A stretch of DNA of 64,000 nucleotides from a virus, in IMG/VR virus record IMGVR_UViG_3300027906_000003, positions 32,001 through 96,000 of that record. The stretch is one strand, 5' to 3'. Both the position numbers and the translations under genes were made by a program. Under the pieces are notes generated by a model. It had not been told where the DNA came from and made no database searches. It saw only the letters and a program-made list of their open reading frames with translations. This document shows positions 20,755-29,617 of the stretch, piece after piece. How positions within the stretch are numbered: the stretch's first letter is position 1; each line of letters begins with the position of its first letter.

Positions 20755-21015
20755 ATGGCAACAACAAATACATTTGTAGTAGAATACGGATTGACAGTTG
20801 GAACAACCGAAGTTATAAATTCATCAGGAAAGATACAAGCGGCAGCTATTTCAACCTTAGATTCTGATGACCTTTCGGAAGGTTCTACAAATCAATATTT
20901 TACTAACGCGAGAGCAAGAGGGTCTATATCCTTAGCTTCTGGAGAGACAAATCTCAGTTATAATTCTACATCTGGAGAACTTAGTCTACCAACAGTTAAC
21001 GGAGGTACCATCTAA
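20755..21015 (+). CDS. Short fibre linker protein
   Basis: FVVEYGL N-motif, DDLSEGSTNQYFTNARA motif, NGGTI C-terminus. Confidence 0.65.
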   Translation: MATTNTFVVEYGLTVGTTEVINSSGKIQAAAISTLDSDDLSEGSTNQYFTNARARGSISLASGETNLSYNSTSGELSLPTVNGGTI

Positions 21016-23084
21016 TGGCGGGTGAAAAGAACTTTAATATTAAAAATGGACTATCAGTTCAAGGCGTAGAAGTAATAAACTCGTCTGGTGACTTAGTTGC
21101 CGGCGGAGTTGGAACAGCAGTTCAAGAGGCCATTGCAGATAAAATCGGTGGAATACTCAGTGCAACAGGTGGTGCAACTGCAACATACAATGATGGTGCA
21201 GACACTATCGTTATTGATGTTCCAATTACAGATGAAGATAACATGGCATCAAACAGTGCTACTGCTATTCCTTCACAACAATCAGTCAAAGCATATGTAG
21301 ACTCTCAAATCTTAACAAAAGACAATACAGATGAGATAACAGAGGGTTCAACTAATTTATATTTCACAAACGCAAGAGCAGATGCCAGAATTGCAAACGC
21401 AATCAAAGATGAAGATAACATGGCATCAGATAGTGCAACTCATGTTCCTTCACAACAATCTGTTAAGGCTTTTGTAGCCACACAACTTGCAACTAAAGAC
21501 GCATTATCAGAACTTTCAGGTGATTCAGACGATATCACAGAGGGTACAACAAACTTATTCCATACATCTGAAAGAGTTGCAGATGTTGTTGGAGGAATGG
21601 TGACTTCAAATACCGAATCTGGTATAACAGTCACATATGAGGATGGTGATAACACTTTAGACTTTGCAATAGGAACACTAAACCAAAACACAACAGGTTC
21701 AGCAGCTACTCTAACAACTCCAAGAGCAATTTCAGGTACCAACTTTGATGGTTCTGCAGACATTACTTTAACGACTGCCGGAATAACAGAAAACACAAAT
21801 CTCTACTATACAAACGAAAGAGTTGATGATAGAGTCAACGCATTATTGACTGCTGGTACTAACATAACAACATCATACGATGATGCAAATGGTACCTTAA
21901 CAATTAACTCTTCAGGTAAAACAGAAGAAGAAATTGAAGACATTGTAAACGGATTAGTTGTTGGTGGAACAGGAATATCATCAACATATGATGACGCTGC
22001 TGGAACATTAACACTTGCAACTTCTATTACACAATATGCAGATTCAGATGCTAGAGGTGCTATCTCAGTCACAGATTCAGGTGGAGATGGTAGTTTAGCA
22101 TATAATAACTCAACAGGTGTAATAACTTATACAGGACCAAGTGCATCAGAAGTAAGAGCTCATCTAAGTGCTGGAACTGGTGTATCATATTCAGGTGGTG
22201 CAATCAGTATTGGTCAGGCAGTTTCAACTTCTTCAGATGTCACATTTGGGGATATAGCTGCAACAGATATAACACTATCTGGAAACTTAACAGTTAATGG
22301 TACCACAACAACAGCTGCTTCTACTAACACAGTAATCACAGATAGATTGATTGAGTTAGGAAACGGAACAACAGGAACACCAGCAAATGATATGGGTCTT
22401 GTCTTCGAAAGAGGAAGTTCAGACAATGTATTTGTAGGTTGGGACGAAAGTGCAGACGCTGTTACCGTAGGAACAGGTTCATTTACAGGTGCTAGCACAG
22501 GTGATTTAACACATACAGTAGCTAACTTTACTGCTGGTGTTGGAACATTTGCCTCATTAGATATTTCAGGAAACGCAGACATTGACGGAACAATGGAAGC
22601 AGATGCGTATACAGTTGACGGAACTGCATTAAACGAATACATTGCCGATACAGTTGGTGCAATGGTATCGTCAAATACTGAAAGTGGCATCACAGTTGCT
22701 TATCAAGACGGAGACAATACATTAGACTTTACAATCGGAACACTTAACCAAAACACTACAGGTTCAGCGGCAACATTAACAACAGCCAGAGCAATAGCAT
22801 TAGGTGGAGATTTATCAGGTTCTGCAAACTTTGATGGTTCTGCAGATATAACAATTACTGCTACAGTAGCAGATGATTCACACAATCATACAATTGCAAA
22901 TGTAGATGGACTACAAACTGCATTAGATTCAAAATATGATTCAGGTGATAATATTGCAGCGGGAACAATAACAACAACGAATGCAAGTAATTCGGGTGGA
23001 TATGTAAGAAATGTATATCAGTCAACATCTAATCCAGGCAGTAGTGATGGTGCAGTTGGTGACTTATGGATATTATACAGTTAA
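21015..23084 (+). CDS. Long fibre protein with internal duplications
   Basis: FNIKNGL N-motif. DEDNMAS...PSQQSVKA occurs twice and SNTESGITV...NQNTTGSAATLTT twice. Ends GDLWILYS. Confidence 0.7.
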   Translation: MAGEKNFNIKNGLSVQGVEVINSSGDLVAGGVGTAVQEAIADKIGGILSATGGATATYNDGADTIVIDVPITDEDNMASNSATAIPSQQSVKAYVDSQILTKDNTDEITEGSTNLYFTNARADARIANAIKDEDNMASDSATHVPSQQSVKAFVATQLATKDALSELSGDSDDITEGTTNLFHTSERVADVVGGMVTSNTESGITVTYEDGDNTLDFAIGTLNQNTTGSAATLTTPRAISGTNFDGSADITLTTAGITENTNLYYTNERVDDRVNALLTAGTNITTSYDDANGTLTINSSGKTEEEIEDIVNGLVVGGTGISSTYDDAAGTLTLATSITQYADSDARGAISVTDSGGDGSLAYNNSTGVITYTGPSASEVRAHLSAGTGVSYSGGAISIGQAVSTSSDVTFGDIAATDITLSGNLTVNGTTTTAASTNTVITDRLIELGNGTTGTPANDMGLVFERGSSDNVFVGWDESADAVTVGTGSFTGASTGDLTHTVANFTAGVGTFASLDISGNADIDGTMEADAYTVDGTALNEYIADTVGAMVSSNTESGITVAYQDGDNTLDFTIGTLNQNTTGSAATLTTARAIALGGDLSGSANFDGSADITITATVADDSHNHTIANVDGLQTALDSKYDSGDNIAAGTITTTNASNSGGYVRNVYQSTSNPGSSDGAVGDLWILYS

Positions 23085-23104
23085 TAACTGTAAGGTGAAA
23101 ATAA

Positions 23105-23977
23105 ATGGTAACAGGTAATCAAAAGGTTAAAACCCCAGCTGGTTGGAATTCAACTAGAGGGGCTTGGGTTAAGACTGCATCAGACACATGGACAGATGTT
23201 GACCAGATTTATGTAAAAACTCCAACAGGTTGGAATAATGCGTCAGGTCAGGCAATTACTCAGAACCCTTACCCATATATTGCGAATAATCAAACCCCTT
23301 ATATTGCTAATGCTCAACAGCCTTATCCTTATATTGCGAATAACCAGACTCCATATATTGCAAATGGTCAACAACCATATCCGTATATAGCAAACAGTCA
23401 GACTCCTTATATAGCAAACGGTCAACAACCTTATCCATATCAGGCAAATAGTCAGACTCCTTATATTGCTAACGCACAACAACCGTATCCATATATTGCG
23501 AATAGTCAATCACCATATATTGCTAATGCAAGACAACCTGCAAAATATCAGAATCCTGTAAATGGACAACAACCCTATATTGCAAATGGTCAAAGAAATG
23601 AGTCATACAGAAATCCTGTAAACTATCAGACACCTTATATTGCAAATGCTAGACAACCTGCACATTATAGGAATCCTGTAAGTTATCGTGTGCCTTATAT
23701 TGCAAATGGTCAACAACCATTTACCTATAATGCAAGGTATCCGGCAACATATCCGGCAAATGCTCAGCAACCATTCACCTACAATGCAAGGTATCCTGCA
23801 ACATATCCGGCAAATGCAAGACAACCATTTACATATAATGCAAGATATCCTGCAAATGCAACATATCCTGCAAACGGACAACAACCGTCTACATATCCGT
23901 TCTTGTATAATGCACCTTATCCATTCTTCCAACCATTTGGTGGCGGCGGTGGTTCACCTAACATGAACTTGAAATAA
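23105..23977 (+). CDS. Pro/Tyr/Gln repeat protein A2 (YIAN-type)
   Basis: Three VKT..W motifs at the N-terminus, then 26 repeat units. Confidence 0.75.
   Translation: MVTGNQKVKTPAGWNSTRGAWVKTASDTWTDVDQIYVKTPTGWNNASGQAITQNPYPYIANNQTPYIANAQQPYPYIANNQTPYIANGQQPYPYIANSQTPYIANGQQPYPYQANSQTPYIANAQQPYPYIANSQSPYIANARQPAKYQNPVNGQQPYIANGQRNESYRNPVNYQTPYIANARQPAHYRNPVSYRVPYIANGQQPFTYNARYPATYPANAQQPFTYNARYPATYPANARQPFTYNARYPANATYPANGQQPSTYPFLYNAPYPFFQPFGGGGGSPNMNLK
23267..23884 (+). repeat. Coding tandem repeat, 26 units of 6/8/10 aa
   Basis: (10,8)x5,(6,6,8)x3,8,10,8,10,8,6,6. Confidence 0.9.
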
Positions 23978-24011
23978 TGGAGTATATAATGAATAAAACG
24001 GAGAACACACA

Positions 24012-24749
24012 ATGGCTATAGGATTTTACTGGACAAGTGCTCAAGGTAACACTAGGTCACCGTTTACTTATCAAGTCCCATTTACATATCGTGTGCCTTA
24101 CATTGCAAATGGTAGGTCACCATTTACTTATCAAGCATCATATCGTGTGCCTTATATTGCGAATGGTAGAAGTCCTTTCACATATCAAGCATCATATCGT
24201 GTGCCTTACATTGCAAATGGTAGGTCACCGTTTACATATAATGCAAGGTATCCGGCAGGTTATAGAAATCCGGTAAGTTATCGAGTTCCGTTTACATATT
24301 CAAATAGACAACCTGCATTATATCAGAATCCTGTAATTTATCAAGTTCCGTTTACTTACAACAATAGGTCTCCGTTTACATACAGAAACCCTGTAGATTA
24401 TAGAATACCGTTTACATATCAGTCAAGACAACCAGGCACATATCAGAGAACAGGACAAACTCCATTCACTTATCAGAATAGACAACCTGGAACATATGAA
24501 ACACAAGGTCAAACACCATTTACCTATCAAAACAGGCAACCAGGAACATATGATAGGCAAGGACAGACTCCATTCACTTATCAGAATAGACAACCTGGAA
24601 CATATGCAAGACAAGGTCAGACTCCATTCACTTATCAGAATAGACAACCTGGAACATATGCTACACAAGGTAGAACACCAGTGTCTCGTTGGGATGGAGT
24701 TTTATCACAAACTTGGCCAGCAGCTCCGTTTGATGCTACAAACTCATAA
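24012..24749 (+). CDS. Pro/Tyr/Gln repeat protein B2 (PFTY-type; mirror partner of A2)
   Basis: PFTY/PGTY repeats; GGAG SD upstream. Confidence 0.75.
   Translation: MAIGFYWTSAQGNTRSPFTYQVPFTYRVPYIANGRSPFTYQASYRVPYIANGRSPFTYQASYRVPYIANGRSPFTYNARYPAGYRNPVSYRVPFTYSNRQPALYQNPVIYQVPFTYNNRSPFTYRNPVDYRIPFTYQSRQPGTYQRTGQTPFTYQNRQPGTYETQGQTPFTYQNRQPGTYDRQGQTPFTYQNRQPGTYARQGQTPFTYQNRQPGTYATQGRTPVSRWDGVLSQTWPAAPFDATNS
24060..24677 (+). repeat. Coding tandem repeat, 26 units of 6/8/10 aa
   Basis: 6,6,8,10,8,10,8,(8,6,6)x3,(8,10)x5, the exact reverse of A2. Confidence 0.9.
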
Positions 24750-24808
24750 ATCAACTCATAAAATAACACCTAAATATCTGTATTAAACAAACTTAATACA
24801 GGTATTTT

Positions 24809-26461
24809 ATGGCAGCTGATTCTAAATTTATTGACATCAAAACAGTTGAAGATGTTGATAAGATAAAACAAATAGATTTCTCAGATGTAGAGAACGCATT
24901 CTCTATAAGAAACAAAGAAGATTCTGAACACTATCATTTAGGAAGTCTAAATGTGAATCGTGTTATGAAAGATATCAATCCTTGTTATCAAGTTCTTAAA
25001 AAAGTATTCGAAGAGAAAAAAATACCACCTCTTAAATTATTTACATATGGTGATGTAATAAATGATAGAAGAGGAAATACAATGTTGACTATGCACGGTT
25101 TAAAACACCATTCTCTAGTATATAACGCATTCCTACCTTATGGTTATACTTGTGCTCCAACTCCAGAAATGTTTCCAACAGGAACAAATACATCTGTAAT
25201 TAGAACAGAAGAAGACCCAAATGGAGAAAGGTCTATAAATTATTATGCAGTAGAAAAAGATGAAGAAGATAGTCAATCTCAACCACAAAAAACACTTTGG
25301 GATAGTTCTTACTATCACGCTGCGAAAGCACACTGGTTAACTCAAAGTATAATTGAAGATGGTTTATGGGCACCAATACAAGGAATTATTTTAAAAGATA
25401 CTTCATGGATTGATGAAAACAATCCAGATGAAAAGTATAAATTCTATGTTCATCCAGGTTCTGTTCGTTCAGGTGTTATTGAAGAAATGCAAGACCCTAG
25501 TATGATGTGTCATTTCTTTGACCCACATAACAAGGTTCCTGATGTTGAACCAGCAACAGTAGATGAGTTTTTGGATTATTGGAAAGACTTACTTGAAAAA
25601 AGAAATATAGAACAAGACAATCTATCTTTTATTATAACAGGTGGAGTTATAGAGGTAAGCAGTGAGTTTGCAAATGTGTCTGATTTTAGGCCTAAAATAT
25701 ATGAGTTTAATAAGAAAGTTCATAAACTTGCAAAAGGTAAACCTCTAAACATATACATTGGTTATGACTCAACACATAATCAATTAGAAGAATTAACCAA
25801 GTTCTCCATAGAAGACTCAATTAAACAAAGTTTTTCTGCAAATACAAAAACAAATCGATTCATTCCTGAGATAAAAATGCTTGACTATTCTAAGATTCCA
25901 GTGTATAATAGGGAGTATGCAAATCAATCTACTGCGTTTACATACAGTAGATTTTTGATACCTTACTTAGAGAATTATGAAGGATTCAGTATGTTTCTTG
26001 ATGATGATATTCTTTTTGAAGAGAATTTATTACCAATGTTCTACTATCTAAATCCTGATGATGCGGTTGCGTGTATTCAATACCCACAATATAAACACGA
26101 TTCTGTTAAGTTTAATGGTGAAATAAACATAGATTATCCATGTAAGTTGTGGTCTTCATTAATGATATTTAATAATGGACATGAAGACTGTAAGAAACTA
26201 ACACCAGAAGTTGTTAATACATGGACAGGTGCTCAGTTGCATCAGTTCGAATGGACAGATAAATTGAGTAAGATACCTGAACACTATATTTTTACTGAAG
26301 GATATGATAATCCAGAAACCAAATGGGGTTGTTCTGGTTATCATTATACAAGAGGTGGTCCTTGGATAGATAACATGGACACATCTAATATTAAAAGACT
26401 ATCACACTATGAGAAAATAAAGACTCGTAGAGACAACCTAAATAATTTGAAGAGAGGATAA
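24809..26461 (+). CDS. Two-domain protein with C-terminal GT-A glycosyltransferase
   Basis: IYIGYD, STAFTYSRFLIP, MFLDDD (DxD), WSSLMIFN and HYTRGGPW motifs. N-terminal ~300 aa unassigned. Confidence 0.75.
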   Translation: MAADSKFIDIKTVEDVDKIKQIDFSDVENAFSIRNKEDSEHYHLGSLNVNRVMKDINPCYQVLKKVFEEKKIPPLKLFTYGDVINDRRGNTMLTMHGLKHHSLVYNAFLPYGYTCAPTPEMFPTGTNTSVIRTEEDPNGERSINYYAVEKDEEDSQSQPQKTLWDSSYYHAAKAHWLTQSIIEDGLWAPIQGIILKDTSWIDENNPDEKYKFYVHPGSVRSGVIEEMQDPSMMCHFFDPHNKVPDVEPATVDEFLDYWKDLLEKRNIEQDNLSFIITGGVIEVSSEFANVSDFRPKIYEFNKKVHKLAKGKPLNIYIGYDSTHNQLEELTKFSIEDSIKQSFSANTKTNRFIPEIKMLDYSKIPVYNREYANQSTAFTYSRFLIPYLENYEGFSMFLDDDILFEENLLPMFYYLNPDDAVACIQYPQYKHDSVKFNGEINIDYPCKLWSSLMIFNNGHEDCKKLTPEVVNTWTGAQLHQFEWTDKLSKIPEHYIFTEGYDNPETKWGCSGYHYTRGGPWIDNMDTSNIKRLSHYEKIKTRRDNLNNLKRG

Positions 26462-26464
26462 ATT

Positions 26465-27046
26465 ATGAATGATATAAAAAACGCTTTAGTTTTTTGTGAG
26501 AACAGAAATCTTTGGATAAGAAAACCAAACGGACTTGAATACGAATTTCAGAATGTTGATAAACCTGCATTAGGTTTTGAATTTGATGTTGTAATATATG
26601 ATGAGATGGAAAGTAAAATTCTTAAATGGGACCCAAATAAAAATTTTGACGAACAAGAAATAGTTCCTTTAAATGAAAGTGAGAAAGAACTTTGTGAACA
26701 ATATATTGCAAATTCAGAAGCACCAGAAGGAATAAATCTACACAATCAATATGTAGAAAGACTTGGTGATTATTGCAGACAACAACAAGAAGAAGTTCGA
26801 ATGACTTATGGTTTCCGTGATATGGAAATGGTATTGGTTGCTGGTAGAGAGGGTTCAAATCATCCTATGAGAGGAAATGCCAGAAGAGTATTAGAGTATG
26901 TTGATAATACACATCAAATATTTGCTTCGGTAACTGATGAAATCTTTGCAACTAAAGAAGAACTACTTAAAGATTATGATGTTTATAGAAGACAGATACC
27001 TCAATCGTCTATGGCTACAGGCCATGCCGAATTAGGTAATGCCTAA
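26465..27046 (+). CDS. Hypothetical protein
   Basis: 193-aa ORF tightly packed in the operon. Confidence 0.7.
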   Translation: MNDIKNALVFCENRNLWIRKPNGLEYEFQNVDKPALGFEFDVVIYDEMESKILKWDPNKNFDEQEIVPLNESEKELCEQYIANSEAPEGINLHNQYVERLGDYCRQQQEEVRMTYGFRDMEMVLVAGREGSNHPMRGNARRVLEYVDNTHQIFASVTDEIFATKEELLKDYDVYRRQIPQSSMATGHAELGNA

Positions 27047-27048
27047 AG

Positions 27049-27792
27049 ATGCAAGTCGTTCACATTGATAAACCCTTTAAGATACAGGACATGCCTTTAA
27101 AAGATGTCTATGTATTAGATAATTGGTTATCAACTGAACTACATCAACACTTCGATAAACTAATTTCTAATAATTCTTGGTGGTCTAAAACAAATCAAGT
27201 AGGCAGTAATAGTCCTACAGGTCTTCCACACCATTCTTTTTGGGGTGCGTCTTTCTTTAGAGACAACTATGAAATAGAACATGACATGGAACCTCTACAT
27301 ACATATTTTGTTAAATCTATTATAGAAAGACTTGAAGTTGAATTTGGATTTAAATATACTCGTTTTCAATATGCAGGCCTAAACTCACAAACACAAGGTT
27401 GTCCAGGAACAATACATACAGACTGTTCAAATGATGACGCATGGAATATATCCTTTCTATATTACCCAAATAGATTTTGGAATCCAAAATGGGGTGGGAC
27501 ATTAAGATTGCTTGATGAACCACATCAAGGTTTAGATGGAAGACAAGAACATATTGAGAAACATCAGATAGCCGAAGTAGAGTTTGTTCCAAATCGACTA
27601 GTTATATTTGACGGAAGAATACCTCATGGTGCAGATGCACCAAATGAAAGTGCAAGATATATGGATAGAAAATCTTTAGTAATAAGAGGAGATGAGGTAG
27701 AATTAATAAAAAACACAGAGGTGTTGTATAAATCTTATAGAAGGCCAATGACAGAATGGGCCGCTGGAACACACCTACAACCTTACTTTTAA
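27049..27792 (+). CDS. 2OG-Fe(II) oxygenase (prolyl-hydroxylase-like)
   Basis: HTD...WNPKWGG...PNRLVIFDGRIPH...R.S motifs. Confidence 0.85.
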   Translation: MQVVHIDKPFKIQDMPLKDVYVLDNWLSTELHQHFDKLISNNSWWSKTNQVGSNSPTGLPHHSFWGASFFRDNYEIEHDMEPLHTYFVKSIIERLEVEFGFKYTRFQYAGLNSQTQGCPGTIHTDCSNDDAWNISFLYYPNRFWNPKWGGTLRLLDEPHQGLDGRQEHIEKHQIAEVEFVPNRLVIFDGRIPHGADAPNESARYMDRKSLVIRGDEVELIKNTEVLYKSYRRPMTEWAAGTHLQPYF

Positions 27793-27793
27793 A

Positions 27794-28879
27794 ATGCCAA
27801 CAATAGAATTTACATGTTATAACGATAGAACTCTAAAAGAGACTAGACCTATTCTTGCGTCTAAAGTCCAACCAGAATGGTGGAAAGGGTTGAAAATTAA
27901 TGAGATAGTCAGAGGTGATAAACAACAGACTATTAGAGCATGTCCAGCTATGCAAGATTGGTTGACTATGGGGTATTACCTAATTGCAGAAAAGGATATG
28001 TATGTTCAAATAGGTAGAGACAAATATGATGAGAGTGGAAAGGCTTCTGTTGCATGGTCATATGAAGACCCAAAATTAGGTTCGTCATCTCATCCAGACA
28101 CACAATTTGGAAATGCGTTCGAACCTGAAAAAAGAGCTGGACTTCCAGTGAAAGACGCATTCAAATTTAGGAATGCCTGGAATATAAAAACCCCACCTGG
28201 TTATTCTTGTTTATATCTTGACCCATTTTTACATCAAAACAATTTCTTTAGTGTATGGCCAGGTATAATAGACACTGATAAGTTTAATTTAAATATGGAT
28301 AATTCACAAGTTATATTTTATCCTAAAGTAGACCATTCATTTGTCATAAAGAAAGGAACTCCTTTAACTCAAATCATACCATTTAGAAGAGAAGAATGGA
28401 ATTCTTCTGCTCAGGTTAAAGACCCAAAAACATTTATAGACAATTTATCTGATGTGACATCTGTATATGGACCTGATAAACCAGTCACTTTACATATGGA
28501 ATATGCAGAATGGCAAGAAAAAGATAGGAAAGAAAAAGAAAAATTCAATGAGAGCAGAATTGCAACAGACGCTCTTATGGAAAATGCAAAAGGTAATAAA
28601 ATTAGAAAGTCTGTTCAAGGTGCCATAAACGAGGCAAATCTATTAGAAGCAAATGGATTAGGTCCTTATAGAAAAGTTGGAATGCACATGCCTAAAACTA
28701 AACTATACAAGAATAAAGGTAATGAATTGGATATAGAGATACCACCAGAATGCCCTATGCACAAGAAAACAGAAGAGTCTCCTGAAATTCAATTAGAAAT
28801 GGACTTCAATGATAAACAACGAGAGTTAACAGATTTAAATTGGGACGGTTCGGAGTCAAAGAAAATAGATAGAGATTAG
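27794..28879 (+). CDS. Conserved phage protein (CPAM...W.IKTPPGYS..PGIIDTD family)
   Basis: Motifs typical of a family found next to phage oxygenases; function unknown. Confidence 0.6.
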   Translation: MPTIEFTCYNDRTLKETRPILASKVQPEWWKGLKINEIVRGDKQQTIRACPAMQDWLTMGYYLIAEKDMYVQIGRDKYDESGKASVAWSYEDPKLGSSSHPDTQFGNAFEPEKRAGLPVKDAFKFRNAWNIKTPPGYSCLYLDPFLHQNNFFSVWPGIIDTDKFNLNMDNSQVIFYPKVDHSFVIKKGTPLTQIIPFRREEWNSSAQVKDPKTFIDNLSDVTSVYGPDKPVTLHMEYAEWQEKDRKEKEKFNESRIATDALMENAKGNKIRKSVQGAINEANLLEANGLGPYRKVGMHMPKTKLYKNKGNELDIEIPPECPMHKKTEESPEIQLEMDFNDKQRELTDLNWDGSESKKIDRD

Positions 28880-28882
28880 ATT

Positions 28883-29599
28883 ATGTCAGTTAAATTTTTT
28901 GCACCTCAGATGGTGTTTATAAGAGACTTGTTAGACCCAAGTTTAGGTGACATTGGTGTTGATGATAATTATATAAGTCTTCTTAAAAGAACTATAGATG
29001 AAATGAGGAGTGATGACCCAATAGGAAGAAGAATTTCAAATGCAGATACAGGTTGGCAATCAAATGACGGTTGTGAAGACCATCCAGCCTTTGTAAAATT
29101 AATGAGATGTATAAGAGAATCTCTTTATGAAGAAGTTTGGCCTTTTTGGGGATTAGATAGAAATAAGGGTCATATGGTTGAAATGCACAACTCATGGGCA
29201 AATATAAATGATAAGGGTGCCTGGAATAAACCACACAAACACAATGGTTGTTGGATGTCTGGTGCCTTTTATATAAATGCACAAGGAGATGAGGGTGATT
29301 TCATAGCAATGTCAGATTCAGATAGAGTAATGGGTGATTTTCCACATTCACAAAGAATGCAAGAGACTGAAAATTTAAGACCTAAAACAGGAATGTTGTA
29401 TATGTTTCCTAGTGGTTTGTCTCACATGGTTGCACCAAATACAACTGATAATGATAGATATAGTATATCATTTAATGTAGGATTTAGATACAAAGGAGAA
29501 AGACCAACAGGAGATATTCCAAATTGGCGTTGGGATGAAACTCTTTTTGATATCACACCAGACGGAAAACTTATACAAGTATCTACTGCAGAAGAATAA
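28883..29599 (+). CDS. Putative 2OG-Fe(II) oxygenase (TIGR02466-like)
   Basis: GWQS, WANIN...HKH..SGAFY, FPSGLSHMV, RYSISFN. Confidence 0.85.
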   Translation: MSVKFFAPQMVFIRDLLDPSLGDIGVDDNYISLLKRTIDEMRSDDPIGRRISNADTGWQSNDGCEDHPAFVKLMRCIRESLYEEVWPFWGLDRNKGHMVEMHNSWANINDKGAWNKPHKHNGCWMSGAFYINAQGDEGDFIAMSDSDRVMGDFPHSQRMQETENLRPKTGMLYMFPSGLSHMVAPNTTDNDRYSISFNVGFRYKGERPTGDIPNWRWDETLFDITPDGKLIQVSTAEE

Positions 29600-29617
29600 G
29601 ATTCCATAAATAGTTGT

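Noticed and set aside
13120-24677. Repeat regions as CRISPR arrays or DGR template/variable repeats
   Set aside because: Repeats are in-frame, vary at synonymous positions and have no unique spacers. No cas or reverse transcriptase gene is in the window.
13075-24749. Repeat proteins as multicore RiPP precursors
   Set aside because: Considered because of nearby oxygenases and the amidinotransferase. There are no leader or protease-site patterns, and the mirror pairing plus fibre-type terminal motifs fit a structural role better. Not fully excluded.
13216-24786. Alternative-frame and antisense ORFs over the repeats (e.g. 13216-13605, 14442-15077, 14527-15054, 23243-23932, 24037-24786)
   Set aside because: Shadow ORFs caused by repeat periodicity lacking stops; implausible composition.
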